Positions 1-9,364 of a DNA stretch of 64,000 bases are shown in pieces (position 1 is the first letter of the stretch; every line of letters begins with the position of its first letter). The stretch spans positions 64,001 through 128,000 of the forward strand of contig OZ253564.1 of assembly GCA_965262915.1 (NCBI GenBank), read 5' to 3'. Below the pieces are notes generated by a model that did no database searches, was not told the origin of the DNA, and worked only from the letters and a program-made list of their open reading frames with translations. A program made the translations under genes and the position numbers. Source of the stretch: Candidatus Spongiisociaceae bacterium (lineage in GTDB: Bacteria; Actinomycetota; Acidimicrobiia; Spongiisociales; Spongiisociaceae).

Positions 1-713
1 TCTTCGTGATGGGAGAGAACACGTGGAGAGGCGAGCAAGAATGGCCCCTCGCCCGAACTTCGTACACCCCCCTCTACCTGAGCAGCGGCGGGAAGGCCAA
101 CTCCGCCTCCGGAGACGGGGCCCTGACCTGGGACGAACCCGGATCAGACCCTCCGGACGGCTACGTCTACGACCCCGAAGACCCGGTGCCGACCTGGGGC
201 GGGCAAAGCGCCTACGTCGAGACGAGCGGCCCGAGCGATCGGCGATCGGTCGAAGATCGACCGGATGTTCTCGTCTACAGCGCCCCAACGGTTTCCCGTG
301 ACACCGAGGTCACCGGGCCGATCACGGTCGTCCTGTATGCAGCGTCGGATTCCGCCGACACGGACTTCACCGCGACTTTGATCGATGTCTGGCCGGACGG
401 CAGGGCCACCCACATCACCGACGGGATCATCCGCGCCCGCTATCGGGTGTCCACCGAGTCCGAGAGCTTCATCACGCCGAACGAGGTCTACGAATACGAG
501 ATTCAGCTCTCCCCGACCAGCCACGTTTTCCTGTCCGGCCATCGGATTCGTCTCGAAATCTCGAGCAGTGACTTTCCCCGATTCGACCGAAACCTCAATA
601 CTGGCGGCGAGATAGGAATGGAATCGGAGGGACGAGCCGCGAGCCAGCGGGTGTTCCACGACCGGGAACGGCCGAGTCGCATCGTCCTCCCGATCATTCC
701 CCGCGACCGGTAG
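1..713 (+). CDS. CocE/NonD family hydrolase, C-terminal part (5' end outside window)
   Basis: LYLSSGGKAN...YDPEDPVPTWGG...RPDVLVY...DTDFTATLIDV...DGIIRARYR...GHRIRLEISSSDFPRFDRN matches the PepX_C/CocE C-terminal domain; the frame is open to the window edge. Confidence 0.9.
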   Translation, partial: FVMGENTWRGEQEWPLARTSYTPLYLSSGGKANSASGDGALTWDEPGSDPPDGYVYDPEDPVPTWGGQSAYVETSGPSDRRSVEDRPDVLVYSAPTVSRDTEVTGPITVVLYAASDSADTDFTATLIDVWPDGRATHITDGIIRARYRVSTESESFITPNEVYEYEIQLSPTSHVFLSGHRIRLEISSSDFPRFDRNLNTGGEIGMESEGRAASQRVFHDRERPSRIVLPIIPRDR

Positions 714-731
714 GCCACCAAAGGAAGGCGC

Positions 732-1826
732 ATGGAAAACGAAGGGCAGATCATCACCGTCTCGGGCCCGATCGACCCGGCAGAGGCAGGGATCACTCTC
801 ATGCACGAGCACATGCTCTTCGCCGGATTCTGGCTGTTCGACTACTCCGCCTGGGTCGATAGCGAGGGCCAGTCGGGGTTCGACGAGCGCTTCGACCTGG
901 GGATGTACGGGCCGGTCACCCGGGAGAACGCCGTCTGGCTGCGCTATAACCCCTATGTCAACAGGGAGAACCTGGTCAACACGGACTGGCGGCTGTCGGC
1001 AACGGAGCTGCGCCGGTTCAAGCTGGCCGGCGGGGGAACCATCGTCGACGCGTCCCCCCGGGGGAGGCGAGACGTCTGGGCACTGCGCAAGATCTCGGAG
1101 GACGTCGGCATGCACGTCGTCGCCGGAACCGGCTACTACGTCGAGAAGGCCCACCCCTGGGACACGGATGAAAAGACCGTCGCCCAGCTCTCCGCCGAGT
1201 TCGTCCAAGACATCGCCCGCGGCGCAGACGGCACCTCCATCCGATGCGGGATCATGGGCGAGATCGGCACCTCGGACCCGGTCACGAAGAGCGAGTGGAA
1301 GGTGCTTGAAGCCTGCGCCGCTGCACACCAAGAGACCGGGGCCGCCATCCAGGTGCACTCCGCGCACGCGACGCGTTCCATGCCGCGGATCATCGAGTTC
1401 CTGACCCAGGCCGGGGTTCACCCGAGCCGCGTCATCGCCTGCCATCTCGATCTCGTGCACGATGACTGGGACTACACGATCGACGTGGCCGACTCTGGCG
1501 TCTTCATCGAATACGACGGCTTCGGGCACCTCCAGCCGCTGGAGGGAGTGCCGGCGCGAGACCGCGATCGGGTTGCTGCTCTGATGCGGCTCTTCGAGAG
1601 CGATCGTCATGGGCGGCTTCTCCTGAGCCACGACATCGGGCTTCGGTCGCGCTTCGCCGAATACGGCGGTCCGGGATGGTCCTACATCTTGACGGCAATT
1701 ATCCCGCGTCTCAGGGCCGAGGGAGTGCCGGTGAGCGTCCTGAGAAGAGTCCTCGAGGCGAACCCGCAGCGCGCCCTGGCCCTGTCGAAAGAGGTGGGGT
1801 CATCGACCCGGACGCGGGAGAGCTAG
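732..1826 (+). CDS. Phosphotriesterase-family (PHP/PTER-like) amidohydrolase
   Basis: TVSGPI...GITLMHEH metal motif, GTGYY, GIMGEIG, VH, CHLD, EYDGFG, LLSHD, NPQRAL; AAGG-rich RBS upstream. Confidence 0.9.
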   Translation: MENEGQIITVSGPIDPAEAGITLMHEHMLFAGFWLFDYSAWVDSEGQSGFDERFDLGMYGPVTRENAVWLRYNPYVNRENLVNTDWRLSATELRRFKLAGGGTIVDASPRGRRDVWALRKISEDVGMHVVAGTGYYVEKAHPWDTDEKTVAQLSAEFVQDIARGADGTSIRCGIMGEIGTSDPVTKSEWKVLEACAAAHQETGAAIQVHSAHATRSMPRIIEFLTQAGVHPSRVIACHLDLVHDDWDYTIDVADSGVFIEYDGFGHLQPLEGVPARDRDRVAALMRLFESDRHGRLLLSHDIGLRSRFAEYGGPGWSYILTAIIPRLRAEGVPVSVLRRVLEANPQRALALSKEVGSSTRTRES

Positions 1827-1831
1827 CAGGA

Positions 1832-2884
1832 GTGGCACGCGTCCGGACCGTTCTCGGCGACATCTCACCCGACGAGCTGGGCGTCACGCTGAGCCACGAA
1901 CACCTCGTTGTCGACACCACCGACCTGTTTTGGACGCCGCCTGCCACCGATGATCCTGCAGAGTTCCACGCCCTCGTGGAGAAGCCGGTGCGGGCGGAGG
2001 ACTACGACCTGCTCGTCGCGCGGCCGTTCATCTCGAAGGACAACCTCGACATGACGGATTTGAGCGTGGCGATCAAAGAGCTCAAGCTCTATCGGGATGC
2101 CGGCGGGCGAAGCCTTGTCGATGTGAGCGGCGGCATATCGGGCTGGCATCCGGACTCGCTCGTCACCGCCAGCAAGGCGACCGGGGTCAACATCGTGGCC
2201 TCGACAGGCTGGTACATCTCCCCTTCGCATCCCGCCGAGCTCGCAAATGCCTCCGTCGACGAGATGGCGGCCATGATGACCAGCGACATCGAGGTCGGGA
2301 TCACCGGGACCGATGTCCGTGCGGGTGTGATCGGCGAGCTCGGGATGAGCGATCCTCTCCATCCAGTCGAGGAGAAGGTGCTGCGGGCGGGGGCTCGCGC
2401 CCAGCGCCGCACGGGTGTACCGATCACCGTGCATGCTGCGGTCTACAAGAAGGAAGCGCATCGGTACATCGACATACTCGAGGAAGAGGAGGCGGACCTC
2501 GCCTCGGTCTACATCAGCCACATGGACGGAAGTTGTCCCGACTTCGCGTACCACGAGTCCGTCATGGACCGCGGGGTGTCGATCGACTACGACCTGTTTC
2601 GCGGAGCTCCCTGGAACGACTCGCACGTGCTGTTTGGAGGCGACCATTGGATCTCCGACGAGGAGCGCTGTGAAACGCTGGCGCAGCTGTGTGCCGACGG
2701 CTACGGCGACCAGATCATGCTGGCCCAGGATGCCTGTCTCAAGATCCGCTGGACCGAGTACGGCGGAAAGGGCTATGCCTACATTCTCCGGGAGATCGTC
2801 CCCAAGCTCCGTGCACTGGGAGTGACGGAGCAGCAGGTGACCGCCATGCTGGTCGACACGCCGAAGCGCATCTTCGCGGTATAG
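1832..2884 (+). CDS. Second phosphotriesterase-family (PHP/PTER-like) protein
   Basis: VRTVLGDI...GVTLSHEH, STGWY, GVIGELG, SHMD, MLAQD, YGGKGY; start taken at GTG 1832 just after the upstream stop, not the 1676 ORF start. Confidence 0.88.
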   Translation: MARVRTVLGDISPDELGVTLSHEHLVVDTTDLFWTPPATDDPAEFHALVEKPVRAEDYDLLVARPFISKDNLDMTDLSVAIKELKLYRDAGGRSLVDVSGGISGWHPDSLVTASKATGVNIVASTGWYISPSHPAELANASVDEMAAMMTSDIEVGITGTDVRAGVIGELGMSDPLHPVEEKVLRAGARAQRRTGVPITVHAAVYKKEAHRYIDILEEEEADLASVYISHMDGSCPDFAYHESVMDRGVSIDYDLFRGAPWNDSHVLFGGDHWISDEERCETLAQLCADGYGDQIMLAQDACLKIRWTEYGGKGYAYILREIVPKLRALGVTEQQVTAMLVDTPKRIFAV

Positions 2885-2921
2885 CGCCAGGATCCCGCGT
2901 GGCCAAGATCCCGAGCAGGCA

Positions 2922-3755
2922 TCAGATCCGGATTATGCGCGGATCTCCGCCGACGAACACTTTGCCCTTGAAGCCCCGCCGGACCTCACGGGCCATGCGT
3001 CTCACCGCCCTCCGGCCGGTGGCATCACCGTTCCCGCCGAAGTGCACGATTGCCACCATCCGCACGCCCGCCTCCGAGGCGATCCGCCCTACCTCCGTCG
3101 ATGACGTGTGGAATTCCTGGAGACCCTTTTCCCGGATGATCTCCTCCGTGGCCGTGCACTCGTGAATGAGCAGGTCGGCTCCCTGCGCCAGCCGTATCAG
3201 CTCGTCCGACGGCGCCGTGTCTCCCGAATAGGCCACTGACCCTTGTTCGGTGTCCAACCGGTATGCCCAGGCGTCGAGAAAGCGGGAGTGGGGAACGGCG
3301 GCCGCCGTGACCTTCCAGCTCCCTCCCTCGTGGACGACCCCGGGGGCTTCCACGTCGCCGGCCAGCACCTCGATTCCCCCCGGATCCATGCCGACCGAGC
3401 CGTCGGTGCGAGAGGCGATGTCACCGGCATAGAAGCCTTCCGGGCCGACGAGGGACCCGATGAGCGCGGCCGTGCCTTTCGGTCCGTAGACGGGGACCGG
3501 TTCGGTACGCCCGGTGAGCCACGAACCGAACAGAAACTCGACCAGGCTCATGTTGTGGTCGAAATGGCTGTGCGAGATGAAGAGCGCCGATACCTCCGCC
3601 GGGGGGATTCCGACGCGAAAGAGACGGCTAACCGCCTTTCGGCCGCAGTCGAACATGACGTTGGTGTCCCCGAAGGACACGACATGGGCCGGGCCGCCTC
3701 GGGTGCGGTGCCACCACCCCGAGCCCAGAATCGCTACTCGCATGTTCGATGCCAC
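2922..3755 (-). CDS. MBL-fold metallo-hydrolase (RNase Z/arylsulfatase-like)
   Basis: ILGSG, FDCG, SHSHFDH (HxHxDH), VPH, YSGDT, LIHECT, FHT motifs. Confidence 0.85.
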   Translation of the reverse strand: MASNMRVAILGSGWWHRTRGGPAHVVSFGDTNVMFDCGRKAVSRLFRVGIPPAEVSALFISHSHFDHNMSLVEFLFGSWLTGRTEPVPVYGPKGTAALIGSLVGPEGFYAGDIASRTDGSVGMDPGGIEVLAGDVEAPGVVHEGGSWKVTAAAVPHSRFLDAWAYRLDTEQGSVAYSGDTAPSDELIRLAQGADLLIHECTATEEIIREKGLQEFHTSSTEVGRIASEAGVRMVAIVHFGGNGDATGRRAVRRMAREVRRGFKGKVFVGGDPRIIRI

Positions 3756-3771
3756 AGCTCGGCTCCCAGGT

Positions 3772-4071
3772 TCAGCCCGGAGGGTTTCTAACCGGCGACA
3801 CCCTTTGGGAGATCATACCCCACACGATGTCGCGACGACGCCTCTCCCGGCGAGTGATGCATCGACACGTTGTCGACCCTGCGCGAAAACGTGGGTTGGG
3901 TGGGGTGAAATCCTTGGAGTGGCGGGTGAGGCCTCGGGGACGGCCCAGCCAGAACACAAACATGCCCAAGAACCCTACGGCCAGGCCCATGGTCCACCAG
4001 GTAGCGGAGATCAGGTCGATCTGCCAGGCGACCAGCAGAAGAACCACCCCGCTTAGGACAGCCTTCCTCAT
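3772..4071 (-). CDS. Small putative membrane protein
   Basis: MRKAVLSGVVLLLVAW...WWTMGLAVGFLGMFVFWLG gives two hydrophobic segments; the C-terminus is not convincing. Confidence 0.35.
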   Translation of the reverse strand: MRKAVLSGVVLLLVAWQIDLISATWWTMGLAVGFLGMFVFWLGRPRGLTRHSKDFTPPNPRFRAGSTTCRCITRRERRRRDIVWGMISQRVSPVRNPPG

Positions 4072-4259
4072 GTCATCCCCCGGCCACAGACGCGGTCGGG
4101 CCCTCTCACATAGCCATACCCAAAGCTGGCGCGCCCGCGGGCGGCGATCACCCACCTCCGTCGTAGCCGCCAGCGAAGCTGGGAACGGCCATACACGCTC
4201 CTTTCCAATAAGTGGTCGTTTGGATTATGTCTTAGCCGACGGGTGTGACATGCCCTCTT

Positions 4260-4846
4260 GGGGTTAACGGAATATGTGGACGAAATGTAACGGTTTCGAG
4301 TCGTCCTACAGCATGGGGGTCTCCTTCGCGGTGATCGGGTGGGGGCGTCCCGTCGGATGCGGACTACGGGGAGGTGCTGTGGCGTGGGGAGTAGAGGGGT
4401 CAGAGTCTTGGTGGAGGGAACGACCGCGGCGGTTGTGATGGCGATCCGGAGGGTTTGAAGGCTCAGTGCTCCGAATGGTTCCAACGCGTACCCACGCGAG
4501 GTCGCAACGTCAGTCGAACAAGAGATAGCAGAGATCAAAGACGCCGCCGTCCGCCGGCGAACCAAGGACAACTCCGCCGCCGACACACCGACGGCCAAGA
4601 CATCCAAGGTGAAACTCTCACCCTGCTCACCGGACGCCATCATCGCCTGGAGCATCACCCACATCGAACCCGCAACCCAACACCTCACAGCCGCAAGGAC
4701 CCACATCCCCACCCGCCATGCACGAACACATCAACCTCTACGGACGATACGACTTCACCAACCCCGCGCCACCACCCACCGGCCAACTCCGACCCCTACG
4801 AACACCCTGAAACCGTTACATTTCGTCCAAATATTCCAGAGACCCC
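4260..4846. mobile_element. Internally deleted Tn3-family element (587 bp) with 38-bp terminal inverted repeats
   Basis: Left IR GGGGTTAACGGAATATGTGGACGAAATGTAACGGTTTC (4260-4297); reverse complement of 4809-4846 is GGGGTCTCTGGAATATTTGGACGAAATGTAACGGTTTC (33/38 identical); transposase C-terminal remnant inside. Confidence 0.85.
4555..4810 (+). pseudogene. tnpA: Frameshifted Tn3 transposase (TnpA) C-terminal remnant
   Basis: Fragments in three frames, NQGQLRRRHTDGQDIQGETLTLLT / DAIIAWSITHI / HINLYGRYDF...GQLRPLRTP*, match the Tn3 TnpA C-terminus and end at the right IR. Confidence 0.75.
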
Positions 4847-5888
4847 AACTCCTCGAGTACGAGGTCGGAGCCAAGGTCCTCGACCACCGTCCCCAGGGTG
4901 TGGACGTAGCTGCGTCGCCCGTTGGCGGACAGCCGTTTGGCCGCTAGCCCCAATTCTTCAGGCATGAACGGCTACGTCCTCGAAGGTGGTGGCACAGGGA
5001 CCTCTGACCTGGGATTATTGAGGGCTGGCGAGCTCCGGTGTCCCGTACAGGCGTTTCACCCGCAGGGTGAGCGGCGACTGAGCGCACTTGTCGACTTCAC
5101 CCGGCCGGTAGTGGAACATCGGCCCGTGTGTCTGAAGAATCAGGGCTAGGAACTGCTCGACGGCTCGGCCGCGGGAGGGGACACGGTGTGGGAGGGCCAG
5201 GACTTCGGCCACCGTGTCAGCCTTTACCAGAGATATCCGACAGAGTTCACGGAACTGCAGGCTACCCGAACCGCCTGCGTATCCGGGGTTTCTCCTTCGA
5301 GCTACCAGAGATACTCCGCCAATATCTCCACTCGGATGGCGGGCCGTAAACAGTAGTGGCCCCGGGGACGGTCGGATGCGTACCGCCGCCAACCCGTCTA
5401 GCTCCGACCCCGCAGGTATGTGCCCGATACCTGCACTAACGGATTGGGTCACAGGGAGTAGGCTACCGCTTTGCCGGCGTGTCCGCTCATACCCGCCCGT
5501 TCGTGTCGGTATGGTGGCCCAGGTAGGCCCTCAAACCAAGTGTCAATAACCTCCATAGGAAGTACACCTAGCCTCCGAATCGTCGCGCTGGAGGGGGTGG
5601 GTAATGGTTGATGATCGATGCGGCCCCTGAGTTCTGGGTTCTTGGCTCCAGGAGCCCGATTGGGTACGTGGTGGGTACCCGTTGATGATGATCTCAACGA
5701 TGACGGCGACTTTGATACGTTGCCGCAGCGGAGGGAACCGGGTGTTCTGTTGCCCAAGGCCGACGATGGGTGGGCGCTGCTGCTGGCACGGCAGTTGCCC
5801 GCTGAGGGTGTCTCGGCCCGCGAGTCGGTGTCGTCAGGCCGTCGGGAATGCGACCTCATGTGGGGGGATGTGCTTGGTTCGGCTATTA

Positions 5889-6032
5889 GAGGATGCGCGG
5901 ATAGCTCCTTGCCTGGGGGAACAGTGGCTGCGCGGGTTGACGAATCCGCGGCGATGACCAGGGCTTTTCCGAACGGGAAGCGGGTTGAGTTTACCCGTGG
6001 GGGCGGCCGCTTCTAGCTATCCGCGCACGCTC
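5889..6032. mobile_element. 144-bp MITE with 18-bp terminal inverted repeats and TWA-like target
   Basis: GAGGATGCGCGGATAGCT ... AGCTATCCGCGCACGCTC (16/18), flanked by TTA/TAA; removing it restores the host reading frame. Confidence 0.7.
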
Positions 6033-6036
6033 TAAG

Positions 6037-7778
6037 CCTGAATCCACCGATTGATGCGTGGGGTGGGGTGGTTGGCCGGGTGTGCCGGTGCGGTTGAGGG
6101 TTGTTTTGGGGGTTGGTTGGCGGCTGGTGGGGGTTGGGGGGTGTTGTCGGGTTCGGGGTTGATGGTCGGGGGTATTTTGGGGGTGTGTCGGGACGTGTCG
6201 GGGTGCGGTTCCGGAGCGGTTGGTTCAGAGGTGGGTTTGTGTGGTTGTGGGGGTGGCGGTCAGGCGAGTTGGGGTAGGTTGCGGAGGTTGGCGAGGGCGG
6301 TGTGGTAGGTGTGGGCCCAGGGCCATTGGGCGGGTAGGCGCAGGATGTGTCGTCCGCTGTGGTTGACCAGCCGTGCGGGTATGCCGAATAGCCGGTTGCG
6401 GATGGTGGTTCCGGCGGTGAGTTTGTTGGGTGGTTGGATTCGGCCGAGGTGCGCGATCCACCGGTAGAGGTTATGGGCGAGGGTGGTGATAGCGAGCCAG
6501 GCGGCGTTGGCCCAGAACCGCCCTGATGGTAGGTGGGCGAGACCGGCCGCTCCTTTGAGGTCTCGGATGGCGAGTTCGATCGTGGCGTGCCGGCGGTGGT
6601 GTCGGTCGGCTTCGACAAGGCGTTTACGGTCGGTGTCGGTGTGTTGGTGGGGGTGGTGTCGGTCGGCTTCGGTGGTGGGGTGGTCGGTGTCGGTCACGAA
6701 GGGGTGGTAGCGCCAGTCGGTCCATAGCTGTAGCTGGGCTTGGTCCTGGTCTGTTAGGCGGGTGCGGCGCACGACGAGACGGAGTTTTATCTGCTGTTTG
6801 CGCTTGGTGCGATGCGTTACCCAAATGGTGGTCTCCGCGACTTGGGCTTCGCCACCGCGGCGATAATCGATAGAGGTCCAAGCCTTCTCCGCGATGCCGC
6901 CTATCGCGGCCCGCACGTTGGAGTACAGGGGCACGGTGATCGAGTAGTCCACGCCCAGGTCGTTCAACGTCGCCACCATGTTGTAGGAATAGAACCCCGA
7001 ATCGGCTCGTAGGGTGATCGGCCCCGACGCCCCGGCCCGGCGGACACGGCCCACAGCCTCGGCCACGAAACCAACGTTGCCCCGCTGGGAACCGCCCTCG
7101 CGCAGGCGGGCCGCAATTATCTCGCCGGTCTCGGCCCGTGTCGCCAACAGCGGGTGGTAGCTCAACACCCCGTCGTGCCCAAACCCGGCGCCTTCTTTGG
7201 CCTTGCCGCACACCCCACACACCGTCGAGTCCACATCTATGGTCACCCCACCGTCGCCCGGGCCTGCCCCCGCCGCCCACACCCGCCGCAGCGTCTCCTC
7301 CAACGCAGCATCGACAAGGCCCATGTCGTCGCGGCACAACGAACGCAGAAACGTTCCCAACGTGGAAGGGGCCATCACCCGATACGGCAACACCCCGGCC
7401 GTGGCTCCGGCCCGCAGCCGATCCGCGTGATCAATATGGGTGCCACCCACCAGCATCGCAGCTACCAACGACAGCACCTTACGACCCGGGTTCGCTCCAC
7501 CCACCCGGTCGCCCACCCCCAGCATCTCGTCCCACAACTCTTCCAAACCCAGCCGGTCCATCAACGTCCCCGCCGCTAACAACCCCCCATCAGCCACCAG
7601 CGACTCGTCGTCGAACACCACCTCAAGCCGGTCAATCCTCCGTGATACCCTACTCATAGGAAGTGCCTCCCCGATCCAGGCCAAAACCATTGCTTTCTTA
7701 CGGCTATTGTCCCAGATCAGAGGCACTTTCTACGCCAATCCACCAACCACCAACCCCAACCCCATCGGTGGATTCAGG
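6037..7778 (-). mobile_element. IS1380-family insertion sequence (1742 bp)
   Basis: Perfect 15-bp IRs CCTGAATCCACCGAT (6037-6051) and ATCGGTGGATTCAGG (7764-7778); 5-bp target duplication CTAAG (6032-6036, 7779-7783). Confidence 0.93.
6260..7657 (-). CDS. IS1380 family DDE transposase
   Basis: FDDESLVADGGL, APSTLGTFLR, TIDVDST, YHPLLA, LRADSGFY, HRRHATIELAIRDLK, LPSGRFWANAAW; start at ATG 7657. Confidence 0.93.
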   Translation of the reverse strand: MSRVSRRIDRLEVVFDDESLVADGGLLAAGTLMDRLGLEELWDEMLGVGDRVGGANPGRKVLSLVAAMLVGGTHIDHADRLRAGATAGVLPYRVMAPSTLGTFLRSLCRDDMGLVDAALEETLRRVWAAGAGPGDGGVTIDVDSTVCGVCGKAKEGAGFGHDGVLSYHPLLATRAETGEIIAARLREGGSQRGNVGFVAEAVGRVRRAGASGPITLRADSGFYSYNMVATLNDLGVDYSITVPLYSNVRAAIGGIAEKAWTSIDYRRGGEAQVAETTIWVTHRTKRKQQIKLRLVVRRTRLTDQDQAQLQLWTDWRYHPFVTDTDHPTTEADRHHPHQHTDTDRKRLVEADRHHRRHATIELAIRDLKGAAGLAHLPSGRFWANAAWLAITTLAHNLYRWIAHLGRIQPPNKLTAGTTIRNRLFGIPARLVNHSGRHILRLPAQWPWAHTYHTALANLRNLPQLA

Positions 7779-9364
7779 CTAAGCCTGTTCGACGGCAGGA
7801 TGGGCCCTAGTAGCACCAACTTTGGTTCCTTCTCACATTCGGTGTGGCGGGGCGAGTGGTACGTCGAGTCGCCCACGACTTGGGTCGAGACGTCTAGCAA
7901 AGTTCGGCGAGTCGATATCGAGTTTGTTGCTGGATCGGCGTGGAGCGAGCGTCCGCCGGGTGAAGGACTCGACATCGACTTGCAGCGCCAGTGGGACGAG
8001 ACGGTCGCAACTTTCACACGTCCCGAGCCGATCGTCTACGAAGCAGTGGTAGGAGACGCCACTGTACAGCTGCGTCGAGAGACGGAGTTCAAAATGCCGA
8101 GTGACGAGCTATTCCTGCGGCTGGCGACGGTTCTGTCGGTCGAGGATGACGTAGAACTTGGCGATGTGCGCGACAAATGGGTGGTGCCGCTGCACGACTT
8201 GGTCAGTTTCTTTTGGTTGAAGAATCCGGGAGTGGTGTGGATTCGCGTGCAGTTGGCCGAGAGCGGGCGGACTGCGGATGTGCATTACGCAGGAGTGCTC
8301 GCCCGCGTCGATGAGGACTACAAGCCTCCGATGTCTGACAGGCTCGCACAATTAGCGACCGTACAGGGCATCTTGGCGCATGGGTACAGCTTCGAGGACC
8401 TGATCTGTGGGTATTGGCAATGGCGGGAGCGAGGCTACGGACGAGCACTCGACCTCCTCATTGAATCGCAGGACCCCCAGTTGGACCAAAGCATCGACGC
8501 CCGGCTACTGAACGCCGTCAAGTCACTCGAATCGTACGTGCGCACACAGACCGGCCAGTCGGGCCGAGTAAACCTAAGAGGTGCATCGAAGCAGTTTCTC
8601 GACGGTGCAGGACAGATCGGCGACGATATCCGAGGCATATGGCGAGAACGCGGTCGGCAGTATTTCGAGAACTCAATCGCGCGACTGCGCGACAACTACG
8701 CAGCGCACGAGCAGAGCGGCACCACCGACACATCACGCAGCCGGGATGAACTTTTGGACCAGTACTGGCATCTTGTCGCACTGCAATGGCTGCTTCGTCG
8801 CACATACCTCCAAGCAATGGGCATCGCCATCAAGGCCGCTAGCGATCTGGTTACCGACTCGCTGGGCTACAAAAAGGATTGCCGTGAGATGCGCGATCAC
8901 TACCGGATCTCAGCGACGCCAACCAAATGACCCGCACCGGGGGGGACGAGCCGCCGCCACCCAGGGTATCCAAAACGGCTATGTCGGGGACAAACCCCCA
9001 CAGCCGAGCGGTACCTGCCGGTCATGTGCCGCCGACAGGAGCGTCTCAGGCGGTAAGCGTGACGGGTTGGGCGGCGGTCAGGCCCGCGCGGGTTTCGCTG
9101 CCCGGGCGGGTAACCCCCCAGTCGGGTGGATCACCCGAATCGGAGGCCGCTAGAAGCCGACTTAAGGGCCGTCGAGCTGGTCGGCGCTGAACATTGGCAC
9201 CATCCCGATGATCAGGTGCGGTTCGGGCTTCGGATTGTCCGCCCGCCCCGCGGACGGGTCTCCCGTCGGGTTGCGGATAGGGGCGTGGATCTCTGCGGTG
9301 ACGGGGATTCCGTGACCGGATAGGTTTCTTGCGGCATGAACATCGGAAGTGCGCGGCGGGCGGC

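Larger units (their letters stand above)
5618..8930 (+). pseudogene. ApeA-like (N-terminal domain + HEPN) protein disrupted by a MITE and IS1380
   Basis: N-part GTWWVP...EPGVL...WGDVLGSAI (5618-5888) joins in frame to SLFDGRMG... (7783-8930), giving ~472 aa; C-terminal RDNYAAH fits the HEPN Rx4-6H motif. Confidence 0.65.

Noticed and set aside
144-1631. Long antisense ORFs (also 20745-22091, 25676-27280, 33303-35408, 47518-48855, 49859-51214, 53428-54897)
   Set aside because: Shadow frames opposite well-supported genes in high-GC DNA; they show no family motifs
5015-5560. ORFs 5015-5452 and 5214-5549
   Set aside because: No motifs and atypical composition; probably degraded foreign DNA
7440-7778. 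N-terminus of the 496-aa ORF as a genuine protein region
   Set aside because: It is the antisense strand of the IS1380 end; the real N-terminus lies at 5618-5888
8931-9160. GC-rich hairpins after the HEPN gene as an ncRNA
   Set aside because: Short stems are expected at this GC content; no recognisable family or second copy
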